DNA of 64,000 nucleotides from Candidatus Saccharimonadales bacterium. GTDB lineage: Bacteria > Patescibacteriota > Saccharimonadia > Saccharimonadales > UBA10212. Location of the stretch: NCBI GenBank assembly GCA_035758565.1, contig DASTXL010000001.1, positions 203,242 through 267,241 of the forward strand, in the 5' to 3' direction. How positions within the stretch are numbered: the first letter of the stretch is position 1; every line of letters starts with the position of its first letter. Below are positions 26,833 to 34,563 of this stretch, piece after piece. The notes below the pieces were generated by a model. The model did not search any database and was not told where the DNA came from. It saw only the letters and a program-made list of their open reading frames with translations. The translations under genes were made by a program, and so were the position numbers.

Positions 26833-26850
26833 ATCCCTCCCCCTGCACCA
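26833..26850 (+). repeat. Imperfect direct repeat of the tRNA-Tyr 3' end (16/18 nt)
   Basis: ATCCCTCCCCCTGCACCA here compared with ATCCCTCCCTCCGCACCA at 26639-26656, 176 nt after the tRNA end. Confidence 0.75.
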
Positions 26851-26861
26851 AGTACAGCAAA

Positions 26862-27293
26862 ATGAATGATTTGAAACCTAAAGTTGGCGTCGGTATATTC
26901 CTCATCAAAGAAGGTCAATTATTGATGGGTAAAAGAAAGGGGTCTCACGGAGAGGGCGAGTATGCCTTGCCTGGCGGCCACCTGGAACAAGGCGAGTCTT
27001 TTGAAGAATGTGTTTTGAGGGAGCTAAAAGAGGAGGCTGGTCCAGATCTCAAGGTTGATCGGATCAAATTTCTGTGCGTGACTAATCTCCGCAAATATGC
27101 CCCTAAGCACTACGTAGATATAGGTATGTTAGCCGAGTATGTGTCAGGAGAACCGATAGTTGCAGAACCGGACGAAAAAGACTCCTGGGAATGGTACGAC
27201 ATGGATAAGTTGCCCGAACCTTTGTTTGGATGCACGGAAAACTATATTGAATCCTATCGGACTGGCAAGAGTTACTTTGAAGGCAACTTATAA
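26862..27293 (+). CDS. NUDIX hydrolase
   Basis: Nudix box GGHLEQGESFEECVLRELKEEAG. The start was trimmed to the ATG at 26862 so that the pseudo-tRNA end is not translated. Confidence 0.8.
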   Translation: MNDLKPKVGVGIFLIKEGQLLMGKRKGSHGEGEYALPGGHLEQGESFEECVLRELKEEAGPDLKVDRIKFLCVTNLRKYAPKHYVDIGMLAEYVSGEPIVAEPDEKDSWEWYDMDKLPEPLFGCTENYIESYRTGKSYFEGNL

Positions 27294-28310
27294 ATGGACA
27301 AGTTTAAAGAGATTCTCGAAAAAGCAGCAAGTGTTTTGATTATTACCCATGTCGGGCCGGATCCTGACGCTTTTTGCTCTTTGCTTTTGACCGGAACTAC
27401 TTTAGAGGCAAACTATCCAGATAAAAAAATAGTTATGAGCTCAGAAGAACAAACCGGCGGGCTTAACTTCTTAACCGGTTATGGCAAGATTAAGCTTCAA
27501 AAACTCGCTGATGCTATCCAGAATGACCAACCGGACCTAATAATTATGGTCGATGCCATGAATTTTAAGCGCTGCACGCGTGGCGACGATCAAGAGATCG
27601 CCAAACTTGTCAAAGAAAAGCGCATCAAGCTAGCCATTATCGATCATCACGAAAGAGTCAACATTGAAGAAAATAACGTTTATATCAACCAAGACAGCCC
27701 AGCGGCCGTGCAAGATGTCTATGAGGTGATGTTTAGCGGCATAAAACTCAATAAACCAGTGGGTTATGCCCAAACCACTATGCTTGGTTTATACTCTGAC
27801 ACCGGCGGATTTGCCTACGAGAATAAACGCTACCGTGACACCTTGAAACTTGTAGGTGATTTGATAGAAGCCGGCGCCAGCGTGGAAAAGACCAGAAACC
27901 TACTCGATCGCTACAGCACCGACAGTATGCTCGCTCTAAGCGAACTGGCCCGCAACCTTAGCCATAAAGATGATTATTCGTTCAGCTTCGTGGGCGATGA
28001 TTTCACTAAAAACTGGCAAAATCAGGGAAAGAATTTTGACGAGCTCAAGATTGCTTGCGGCCATTTTGCTAATGACTACATTCGAAATATAGATGGCCGA
28101 GTCTGGGGCTTTGTGGTCTATAAGGATTTAGCCGGCGGAGACGATATTTACGGGGTTTCATTGCGCGCTATGGGCGGAACCAAGAACGTAGCTTTAATCG
28201 CCAACGCGCTTGGCGGTGGCGGCCACATTGCTGCTGCCGGAACGAAAATCAAAGCCAGTAGCGTGCAAGAAGTGATTAAAGCCGTACAATCTACCATTTC
28301 ACAGATGTAG
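27294..28310 (+). CDS. DHH-family phosphoesterase (NrnA-like)
   Basis: HVGPDPDA, IDHH and GGGGH motifs. Confidence 0.65.
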   Translation: MDKFKEILEKAASVLIITHVGPDPDAFCSLLLTGTTLEANYPDKKIVMSSEEQTGGLNFLTGYGKIKLQKLADAIQNDQPDLIIMVDAMNFKRCTRGDDQEIAKLVKEKRIKLAIIDHHERVNIEENNVYINQDSPAAVQDVYEVMFSGIKLNKPVGYAQTTMLGLYSDTGGFAYENKRYRDTLKLVGDLIEAGASVEKTRNLLDRYSTDSMLALSELARNLSHKDDYSFSFVGDDFTKNWQNQGKNFDELKIACGHFANDYIRNIDGRVWGFVVYKDLAGGDDIYGVSLRAMGGTKNVALIANALGGGGHIAAAGTKIKASSVQEVIKAVQSTISQM

Positions 28311-28329
28311 TTTGTGGTAAACTACTTCC

Positions 28330-28932
28330 ATGTCAAAAGATAGGACTACCATAAACAAAGTCACCCTAGAGACCTTGTATGTAAAAAAGGGGATGTCCAT
28401 GAGCACCATAGCCAAAGAGTTAGGGTGCTCGGTTAACAGGGTGGTCTATTGGATGGATCAACATGGTATTAAAAGGCGCAGCATTAGTGACGCCATTTAC
28501 TTGCACAAAAATCCCAATGGAGACCCGTTCAAAATAATAACGCCCACCACACTAGAAGAAGCCAAGCTTTTAGGCTTAGGAATCGGCCTCTACTGGGGTG
28601 AGGGCACGAAGGCAAATAAGCACTCTGTGCGTTTAGGAAACTCAAATCCACATTTAATCATCGCTTTTATAAAATTTCTTACTATAATATGCGGTGTCAA
28701 TAAAGACCATCTGAAATTTGGGTTGCAACTTTTTTCAGACGTCAGTAAGAATGAAGCCTTGAATTTCTGGACAGAAGCTCTTAGCGTAAAACCCTCGCAA
28801 TTTTATAAGATAACAGTTACTATATCTGGTGCGATTGGAACATACCGGATAAAAAATAAATACGGAGTGTTAACAATCTATTACCACAACAAGAAGCTAC
28901 GAGACGCTTTAGTCTCGATGTTGCCGACATAG
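28330..28932 (+). CDS. HTH + single-motif LAGLIDADG-like homing-endonuclease candidate
   Basis: N-terminal HTH (MSTIAKELGCSVNRVVYWM). LLGLGIGLYWGEGTK resembles a LAGLIDADG motif. The last 10 nt, including the stop, overlap tRNA-Thr(GGU). Confidence 0.45.
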   Translation: MSKDRTTINKVTLETLYVKKGMSMSTIAKELGCSVNRVVYWMDQHGIKRRSISDAIYLHKNPNGDPFKIITPTTLEEAKLLGLGIGLYWGEGTKANKHSVRLGNSNPHLIIAFIKFLTIICGVNKDHLKFGLQLFSDVSKNEALNFWTEALSVKPSQFYKITVTISGAIGTYRIKNKYGVLTIYYHNKKLRDALVSMLPT

Positions 28933-28997
28933 CTCAGGGGTAGAGCACGATCATGGTAAGATCGGGGTCATGGGTTCAAATCCCATTGTCGGCTCCA
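28923..28997 (+). tRNA. tRNA-Thr (anticodon GGU)
   Basis: Acceptor GCCGACA/TGTCGGC, anticodon stem CGATC/GATCG with loop ATGGTAA, T arm ATGGG-TTCAAAT-CCCAT, encoded CCA. Confidence 0.85.
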
Positions 28998-29196
28998 GAA
29001 AATTATCACAAAAACTGTGTGATAAAAATTACAGTGCGTATCTCGCCTATGAGCTTAAATGTACTTGTGTTTGTTGGGAGGTAAGCCTGAATGATTTATA
29101 GGCGCAAACACCAGTGAGTCCCGTCCGTTAGCTCGGAGCGGGGCTCTTTATTTTAGAGTTGTTTAATAGTCCCGTATCTGTTAATATATTTTCGAT

Positions 29197-29403
29197 ATGG
29201 CAAAAAAAGGTGATAAACGCAAAGTTGTTGGGCTGGTGTGCGAGGCTTGCGGCCAGCGCCACTACTACACCACCAAGAACACTATGAATACCCCAGAAAA
29301 GCTGGAGCTTAAAAAGCTATGCCCGGTTAAAAGGGTTATAGCTGTTCAGTCAGAAACCAAAAAAAGCCTAGGTCGCAACGAAGTCAAACCCCGCAAACAC
29401 TAA
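29197..29403 (+). CDS. rpmG: 50S ribosomal protein bL33 (with C-terminal extension)
   Basis: [28 protein letters not shown]...LELKKLCP. Conserved neighbour of tRNA-Trp, secE and nusG. Confidence 0.85.
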   Translation: MAKKGDKRKVVGLVCEACGQRHYYTTKNTMNTPEKLELKKLCPVKRVIAVQSETKKSLGRNEVKPRKH

Positions 29404-29476
29404 AACTAGCGGTTAATTTAAAACTGTTCTAAAATACTGGGGTCCCCGCAAATTTTAATTTGTGGGGTAATTCAAA

Positions 29477-29551
29477 GGGGAGTAGCTCAGTTGGTAGAGC
29501 ACCGGTCTCCAAAACCGGGTGTCGCAGGTTCAAGTCCTGTCTCCCCTGCCA
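29477..29551 (+). tRNA. tRNA-Trp (anticodon CCA)
   Basis: Acceptor GGGGAGT/CTCCCCT, anticodon stem CCGGT/ACCGG with loop CTCCAAA, T-loop TTCAAGT, encoded CCA. Confidence 0.85.
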
Positions 29552-29702
29552 AAATAAAGTAGTCTGTCGTAAAGACAGGCTGTTTTATTTTGATATGAGT
29601 TAGGACTTGAACCGATAGGCATGAATGGCCAGTAGGCTATTCATGTTTTCTTTGCTTGGCCGGCTCGGCCAATGCTTGCATTTTGGCCAGCCGCAGAATA
29701 AC

Positions 29703-29724
29703 TCAAGTCCTGTCTCCCCTGCCA
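29703..29724 (+). repeat. Direct repeat of the tRNA-Trp 3' end (22/22 nt)
   Basis: TCAAGTCCTGTCTCCCCTGCCA is identical to 29530-29551. An inverted copy of the T-arm (AGGACTTGAACC) lies at 29602-29613. Confidence 0.9.
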
Positions 29725-29758
29725 AGACGACCGCCTAATTATAGACGGTCGTCTTTTT
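29725..29758 (+). terminator. Rho-independent terminator after the duplicated tRNA-Trp end
   Basis: AGACGACCG...CGGTCGTCT stem followed by TTTT. Confidence 0.6.
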
Positions 29759-29796
29759 ACTTTATTAGCTAATCTGACAGTGGTAAAATCAAGAGG

Positions 29797-30459
29797 ATGA
29801 GTAAAACGGTTCTAGATAAACCGGTTCTATTATGTCTTTATGGCTTCCCGGGAGCGGGCAAGAGTTATGTGGCCCGCAACATGGCTAGTGAGGTCCAGAT
29901 GGCTCACGTCAGCGCCGATCGCATTCGCAGCGAGCTATTCCAGCAGCCACGCTATGACGCCCAAGAAAACGCAATAGTTTTACACCTTATGAATTACATG
30001 ACCGCCGAGTTTTTAGAAGCTGGTGTCAGTGTTGTTTACGATATTTGTGCTGCTCGCCTAGGGCAGCGCAGGGCACTGCGCGAACTAGCCAAAAAACACA
30101 GAGCCGAGTATTTGCTGGTTTGGCTGCAAATTGATCAAGATAGCGCCTTTAACCGGACTCAAGCTCGCGACCGCAGAACCAGCGATGATCGTTTCGCCCA
30201 GCCGCAAACCCAAGAATCCTTTGGCAAAGTGGTTGGCGACATGCAGAATCCTAACCCCAACGAACCTTACATGGTTATCAGCGGCAAACACTCCTTCGTA
30301 ACTCAGAAAAACGCCGTGGTTAACAAGTTCTACCAACTAGGTCTAATCAACAGCGAGATGGTCCAGCAACATGTGGCTAAACCGGAATTGATCAATCTTG
30401 TCCCTAATCCATACAGCGGCCGCGTGGATATGAGCCGCCGAAACATAACCATAAGATAG
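29797..30459 (+). CDS. P-loop kinase-like ATP-binding protein (AAA_33/zeta-like fold)
   Basis: Walker A GFPGAGKS near the N-terminus; the size fits small P-loop kinases. Confidence 0.45.
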   Translation: MSKTVLDKPVLLCLYGFPGAGKSYVARNMASEVQMAHVSADRIRSELFQQPRYDAQENAIVLHLMNYMTAEFLEAGVSVVYDICAARLGQRRALRELAKKHRAEYLLVWLQIDQDSAFNRTQARDRRTSDDRFAQPQTQESFGKVVGDMQNPNPNEPYMVISGKHSFVTQKNAVVNKFYQLGLINSEMVQQHVAKPELINLVPNPYSGRVDMSRRNITIR

Positions 30460-30460
30460 A

Positions 30461-31186
30461 ATGTCGCAAAAACGAGTTGAAATACCTGGCATAGGCGAGG
30501 TCGTTTTGTCTAAACGACGCGGCACCACACACTTGCGGCTTAGCGTTAATGCTAAGGGCATAGTCCGAGTCGGTATGCCTTATTGGACTCCTTATGCCGC
30601 CGGCATAGCTTTTGCCCGCGAGCGCACTGACTGGATCAACAAACACCTGTCAAGTCACACCAAGGCCACTTTTAGAAGCGGCGATAGGATTGGTAAGGCT
30701 CATGTTTTGAGCATTAATCAGGATGTAGCGTTGGATAGACCAAAATCCAGACTAACAAAGACCGAGGTAATAATTAGCAGTCCTTTGCCGATTGATCACA
30801 AATTCACTCAAGAGAAAATAGTTGAGGCGTCGATCCGTGCGCTAAAACAAGAGGCTGAGACACTGTTGCCGCAACGGCTGCAATATCTAGCCCGCCAACA
30901 CGGTTTTAACTATAAAGAGGTAAGGATTCGCAGTCTAACATCCAGGTGGGGTAGTTGCTCGACCCACAAGGTCATTACTTTGAGTTTTTATCTTATGCAA
31001 TTGCCCTGGGAATTAATAGATTACGTTCTTTTGCACGAGCTGGTTCATACCGAGCAAATGAATCACGGCCCGGATTTTTGGCGACGCTTTGAAAGCGTAC
31101 TGCCAGGCGCCAAAAAATTAAGAAAGCAGGTTAATGCTCACAAACCCAGAGTTATCGCCACTAACCTCGGTGAAATGCTTGCTTAA
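30461..31186 (+). CDS. YgjP-like metallopeptidase (DUF45/M48 family)
   Basis: RWGSCS motif and the zinc motif LLHELVHTEQMNHGPDFW. Confidence 0.65.
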   Translation: MSQKRVEIPGIGEVVLSKRRGTTHLRLSVNAKGIVRVGMPYWTPYAAGIAFARERTDWINKHLSSHTKATFRSGDRIGKAHVLSINQDVALDRPKSRLTKTEVIISSPLPIDHKFTQEKIVEASIRALKQEAETLLPQRLQYLARQHGFNYKEVRIRSLTSRWGSCSTHKVITLSFYLMQLPWELIDYVLLHELVHTEQMNHGPDFWRRFESVLPGAKKLRKQVNAHKPRVIATNLGEMLA

Positions 31187-31245
31187 TTTGAAAATTTAAG
31201 ATAGTATTGACTCTAGACACCTACTTATCATAAGTAGGTTTTTTA

Positions 31246-31677
31246 GTGTCAAAGGGGACAAAAGTGGCAGAGCAACCAAGTAGAGCCAGAAAACCGCGTA
31301 TTCGAAAGACTGCGCCGACCGTTAGAGAAAGGGCAGCTGCTGCCCAAGAAAAAGCTCAAAAAGAAAAGCCCAAACGGCTGAAGAAAGTTTTTGTCAAAGT
31401 CCCAGTACCTAAAGTAAAGCGTCCGCACCTTCCGCAAAACCAGTTCTTCAACACTCTGCGAAAGATCTTTCAGCCAATTGGCAGAGTTCTTTCCAAGCTA
31501 GCCCCTCGCTATTTTGCGAACGCTTGGCGCGAACTAAGACAAGTTACTTGGCCGAACAGGGGTGAAACCTGGCGCTTAACGCTGGCTGTTTTTGTCTTTT
31601 CAGTAGTGTTTGGAGCGTTGGTAGCTGGAGTAGACAAAGGTCTAGACGAAATATTTAAGCACGTAGTTCTAAAGTAA
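31246..31677 (+). CDS. secE: Preprotein translocase subunit SecE with a long Lys-rich N-terminal extension
   Basis: The C-terminal LRQVTWPNRGETWRLTLAVFVFSVVFGALVAGVD matches the SecE TM segment. GTG start. It lies directly upstream of nusG. Confidence 0.8.
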   Translation: MSKGTKVAEQPSRARKPRIRKTAPTVRERAAAAQEKAQKEKPKRLKKVFVKVPVPKVKRPHLPQNQFFNTLRKIFQPIGRVLSKLAPRYFANAWRELRQVTWPNRGETWRLTLAVFVFSVVFGALVAGVDKGLDEIFKHVVLK

Positions 31678-31689
31678 AGGGAAGAAATA

Positions 31690-32232
31690 GTGAGCAAACG
31701 TTACGACTCAACCAAACAGTGGTATGCCATTCATACTTATAGTGGCTACGAAGAGAAAGTTGCCGAATCAATCCGTCAGCGCGCGGAAAGTCTTGATATG
31801 GGCGACAAGATCTTCCAGGTTCTAGTACCCAAAGAAAAGATGATAGAAATCAAGAACGGCAAGCGCAAGATTGTCGAAAAGCGTATTTTTCAGGGCTACG
31901 TATTAGTAGAAATGAAACTATCAGAAGATGCTTGGTACATCGTGCGTAATACGCCGAATGTAACTGGTTTTGTAGGCACAGGTACCGAACCAACCCCTGT
32001 TAGCGACGATGAAATTTCCAAGATTATGAAGCGCATGGGCCGTGAAGAGCCAAAGCATAAGTTCGATTACGCCGTGGGCGAGGTTGTAAACATTGTTGAC
32101 GGACCGTTCAAAGGCTTTGATGGTGCAATTAACGAAATCGACGCCCAAAAAGGCAAACTTAAAGTGTTGGTCAACATGTTCGGCCGCGAAACTCCGGTTG
32201 AGCTCGACGGCCTTCAGGTAAAGCGAGTTTAG
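31690..32232 (+). CDS. nusG: Transcription termination/antitermination factor NusG
   Basis: WYAIHTYSGYEEKV (NGN domain) and a KOW motif (GEVVNIVDGPFKGFDG). Confidence 0.9.
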   Translation: MSKRYDSTKQWYAIHTYSGYEEKVAESIRQRAESLDMGDKIFQVLVPKEKMIEIKNGKRKIVEKRIFQGYVLVEMKLSEDAWYIVRNTPNVTGFVGTGTEPTPVSDDEISKIMKRMGREEPKHKFDYAVGEVVNIVDGPFKGFDGAINEIDAQKGKLKVLVNMFGRETPVELDGLQVKRV

Positions 32233-32241
32233 GAGAGATTT

Positions 32242-32673
32242 ATGGCAACAAAACCAATTAGAGCAAGTTTAAAGATGAAAATCCGCGGCGGCCAGGCCAG
32301 CGCGGCGCCTCCCGTAGGTAGCACTCTTGGTCAGTACGGCGTAAACATGATGGATTTTATCAATCCGTTCAACGATCAAACCAAGGACAAGATGGGTCAA
32401 AATCTGACAGTTCATATCACTATTTATGAAGATCGGACTATGGACTGGCGCATTGTAGGCACACCAACTGACGAACTTATCTTAAAGGCACTCGGCGTTG
32501 ATAAGGGTTCTGGCAAGCCTAACAGTGAAAAGCTTTCTAAGAAGCTTAGCCAAGCCCAACTGACCGAAATCGCTGGGGCCAAGATGGCCGACATGAACGC
32601 CGACGACATCGAATCAGTCAAAAAGATGGTTGCCGGCACTGCCCGCAGCATGGGCATTGAGGTGGAGGCTTAG
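32242..32673 (+). CDS. rplK: 50S ribosomal protein uL11
   Basis: GGQASAAPPVGSTLGQYGVN motif, positioned after nusG. Confidence 0.95.
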   Translation: MATKPIRASLKMKIRGGQASAAPPVGSTLGQYGVNMMDFINPFNDQTKDKMGQNLTVHITIYEDRTMDWRIVGTPTDELILKALGVDKGSGKPNSEKLSKKLSQAQLTEIAGAKMADMNADDIESVKKMVAGTARSMGIEVEA

Positions 32674-32674
32674 T

Positions 32675-33046
32675 ATGTCAGCATCCGCAGCAGAGGTGGG
32701 CGTTGACTGGTTTGACGATGGTGAGCGCCTAGGTCGCAATCGCAGCAAGGGCATCGCGCCAGAGGTCTCTACCGGCGAATCTACCGAGGGGTTTGAACCA
32801 ACTCCAGGCATCCACGAACGCGAGACATTTAGAGTCCGCACAGCACCCGAGATTGACTTATACTTTGGCGCCGTCAAAGAGCTGGGAAAGGCAAGAATAG
32901 CTGCGAACCTGGCACTGTTAGACGGCTCCAGCGCGACAAATCGCCTAGGCACCCATCCACCGAGCGCCCAAGAAATTAAAGAGCTAGAAGATCAGGCTAG
33001 AAGTTTAGCTTACAGAGCCTCGGATATTCAGCAAGGAATTCAATAA
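32675..33046 (+). CDS. Hypothetical protein inserted between rplK and rplA
   Basis: 123-aa ORF starting at the ATG at 32675, 2 nt after the rplK stop, using the GGTGGAGG sequence inside the rplK end as SD. No family recognised. Confidence 0.4.
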   Translation: MSASAAEVGVDWFDDGERLGRNRSKGIAPEVSTGESTEGFEPTPGIHERETFRVRTAPEIDLYFGAVKELGKARIAANLALLDGSSATNRLGTHPPSAQEIKELEDQARSLAYRASDIQQGIQ

Positions 33047-33103
33047 TTAACTAACGTGGGAGGCGCTAAGAAACGCCGCATGCACCACGAAAGGAGAGTA
33101 ACC

Positions 33104-34015
33104 ATGGCAGAAGCCAAGAAAAAGCAAGTCAAAAAGGCAGACGTAGTTGCCGAGACCGTAGTTGAGGGCAATGTGCCCGAAGTCAAGGTAGAAAAAGAAG
33201 TCGTTCAGACCCCAGCCGAGCCAAAAACTACTGCTAAAGCCGGCAAGCGCAGCGCCAAAGCTGCTCGCGAAACCGAAGAGAAGGAAGCCAAAGAAGCCCG
33301 CAAGGCAGAAACACCGGCAGAAGCCACTAAGCCAGCGGCCAAACCGCAGCAATCTCGCACCAAAGCTGAGCGTGCCGGTAAAAAATACCGCGAAGCCGCC
33401 AAGCTCGTAGACAGAGAAAAGTTTTATACTCAAGAGGACGCCCTAGAGCTTGCTACCAAGACCAGCCCGTCCAAGTTCGACGCCACTGTCGAACTTCATA
33501 TTAACCTAGGTGTTGATCCGCGCCAGGCTGATCAGAACGTCCGCGATACTGTTAGTTTGCCAGCCGGTACCGGTAAGGACGTCCGCGTTGCCACTCTAGC
33601 CAGTGACGACGACGCCGAAAAGCTGTTTGCTAAGTTAGACAAAGAAGAAATCGACTTTGATATCCTGGTCGCTACACCTGGCATGATGCCTCGTTTGGGT
33701 AAATATGCCCGCTTGCTCGGCCCGCGCGGCTTAATGCCTAACCCCAAGAGCGGCACCATTACTAACGACGTAGAGGCGGCTGTAAGCGAAGCCAAAGCCG
33801 GCCGTGTTGAATATCGCGTAGATCAAAGCGGCATCATCCACATTGGCATCGGCAAGGTAAGCTTTGGCAAAGACAAGTTGAATCAAAATGCCGAGGCTGT
33901 AATGTCATCTATCCGCGCCGCCCGTCCTGCCAGCCTTAAAGGTAACTACATCAAGGCCATTACTGTCAGCACCACCATGGGCCCTGGCATAAAAGTAGAG
34001 GTTAGCGGCCGCTAA
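33104..34015 (+). CDS. rplA: 50S ribosomal protein uL1 with a ~100-aa Lys/Glu/Ala-rich N-terminal extension
   Basis: The ATG at 33104 follows an AAAGGAGAG SD. The uL1 core includes [23 protein letters not shown]. Confidence 0.9.
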   Translation: MAEAKKKQVKKADVVAETVVEGNVPEVKVEKEVVQTPAEPKTTAKAGKRSAKAARETEEKEAKEARKAETPAEATKPAAKPQQSRTKAERAGKKYREAAKLVDREKFYTQEDALELATKTSPSKFDATVELHINLGVDPRQADQNVRDTVSLPAGTGKDVRVATLASDDDAEKLFAKLDKEEIDFDILVATPGMMPRLGKYARLLGPRGLMPNPKSGTITNDVEAAVSEAKAGRVEYRVDQSGIIHIGIGKVSFGKDKLNQNAEAVMSSIRAARPASLKGNYIKAITVSTTMGPGIKVEVSGR

Positions 34016-34497
34016 GCTCGCTCGTAAACTTCCATCTTAAAATCGTAAGGATTTTTTTGATCTTTAGCCCGTGTTTCGCTCGAAATTAGCCTCCAATCTC
34101 GGGGATCAAACTCAAAAAACCGGTCGCCTTTGGGCAAAAATTTGACAGTGTTTAAGTAAAGCCTTGTCGCTTGCGGCAGGGCTTGCTTAAATATCGACTC
34201 GCCACCGATTATAAACACCTGGTCTTCGTCGTCGACCAGGCTAAGTGCTTCTTCTAGCGAATGGGCCACTTCAGCACCCGGGCTGGGCGTGTAGCTTTGG
34301 TTGCGCGTAATAACAATATTGCGACGTTCTTTGAGTGCCCGGCCGATATTCTGGTGTGTTTTGCGGCCCATTATTATGGGGTGGCCAGTGGTAATTCTCT
34401 TAAAGTAGACCAGGTCAGCCGGCAAATACCAAGGCGTGCCTTTGGAGCTTCCAATGACATTATTTTGCGCTCGTGTAACTATTATCGAGATGTTCAT
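34012..34497 (-). CDS. folA: Dihydrofolate reductase
   Basis: [15 protein letters not shown]...[26 protein letters not shown] is typical of DHFR. Confidence 0.85.
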   Translation of the reverse strand: MNISIIVTRAQNNVIGSSKGTPWYLPADLVYFKRITTGHPIIMGRKTHQNIGRALKERRNIVITRNQSYTPSPGAEVAHSLEEALSLVDDEDQVFIIGGESIFKQALPQATRLYLNTVKFLPKGDRFFEFDPRDWRLISSETRAKDQKNPYDFKMEVYERA

Positions 34498-34563
34498 TTT
34501 ACAACCTTAAAAAATATTATCCTGCATATGTTAACTGGTATTATGGAGGCAAAGGAGGCATTC

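Noticed and set aside
33047-33433. 128-aa minus-strand ORF opposite the 5' end of rplA
   Set aside because: It mirrors the Lys/Ala/Glu-rich low-complexity extension of uL1 (translated as Phe/Gly/Leu-rich). It has no start context and is a shadow ORF.
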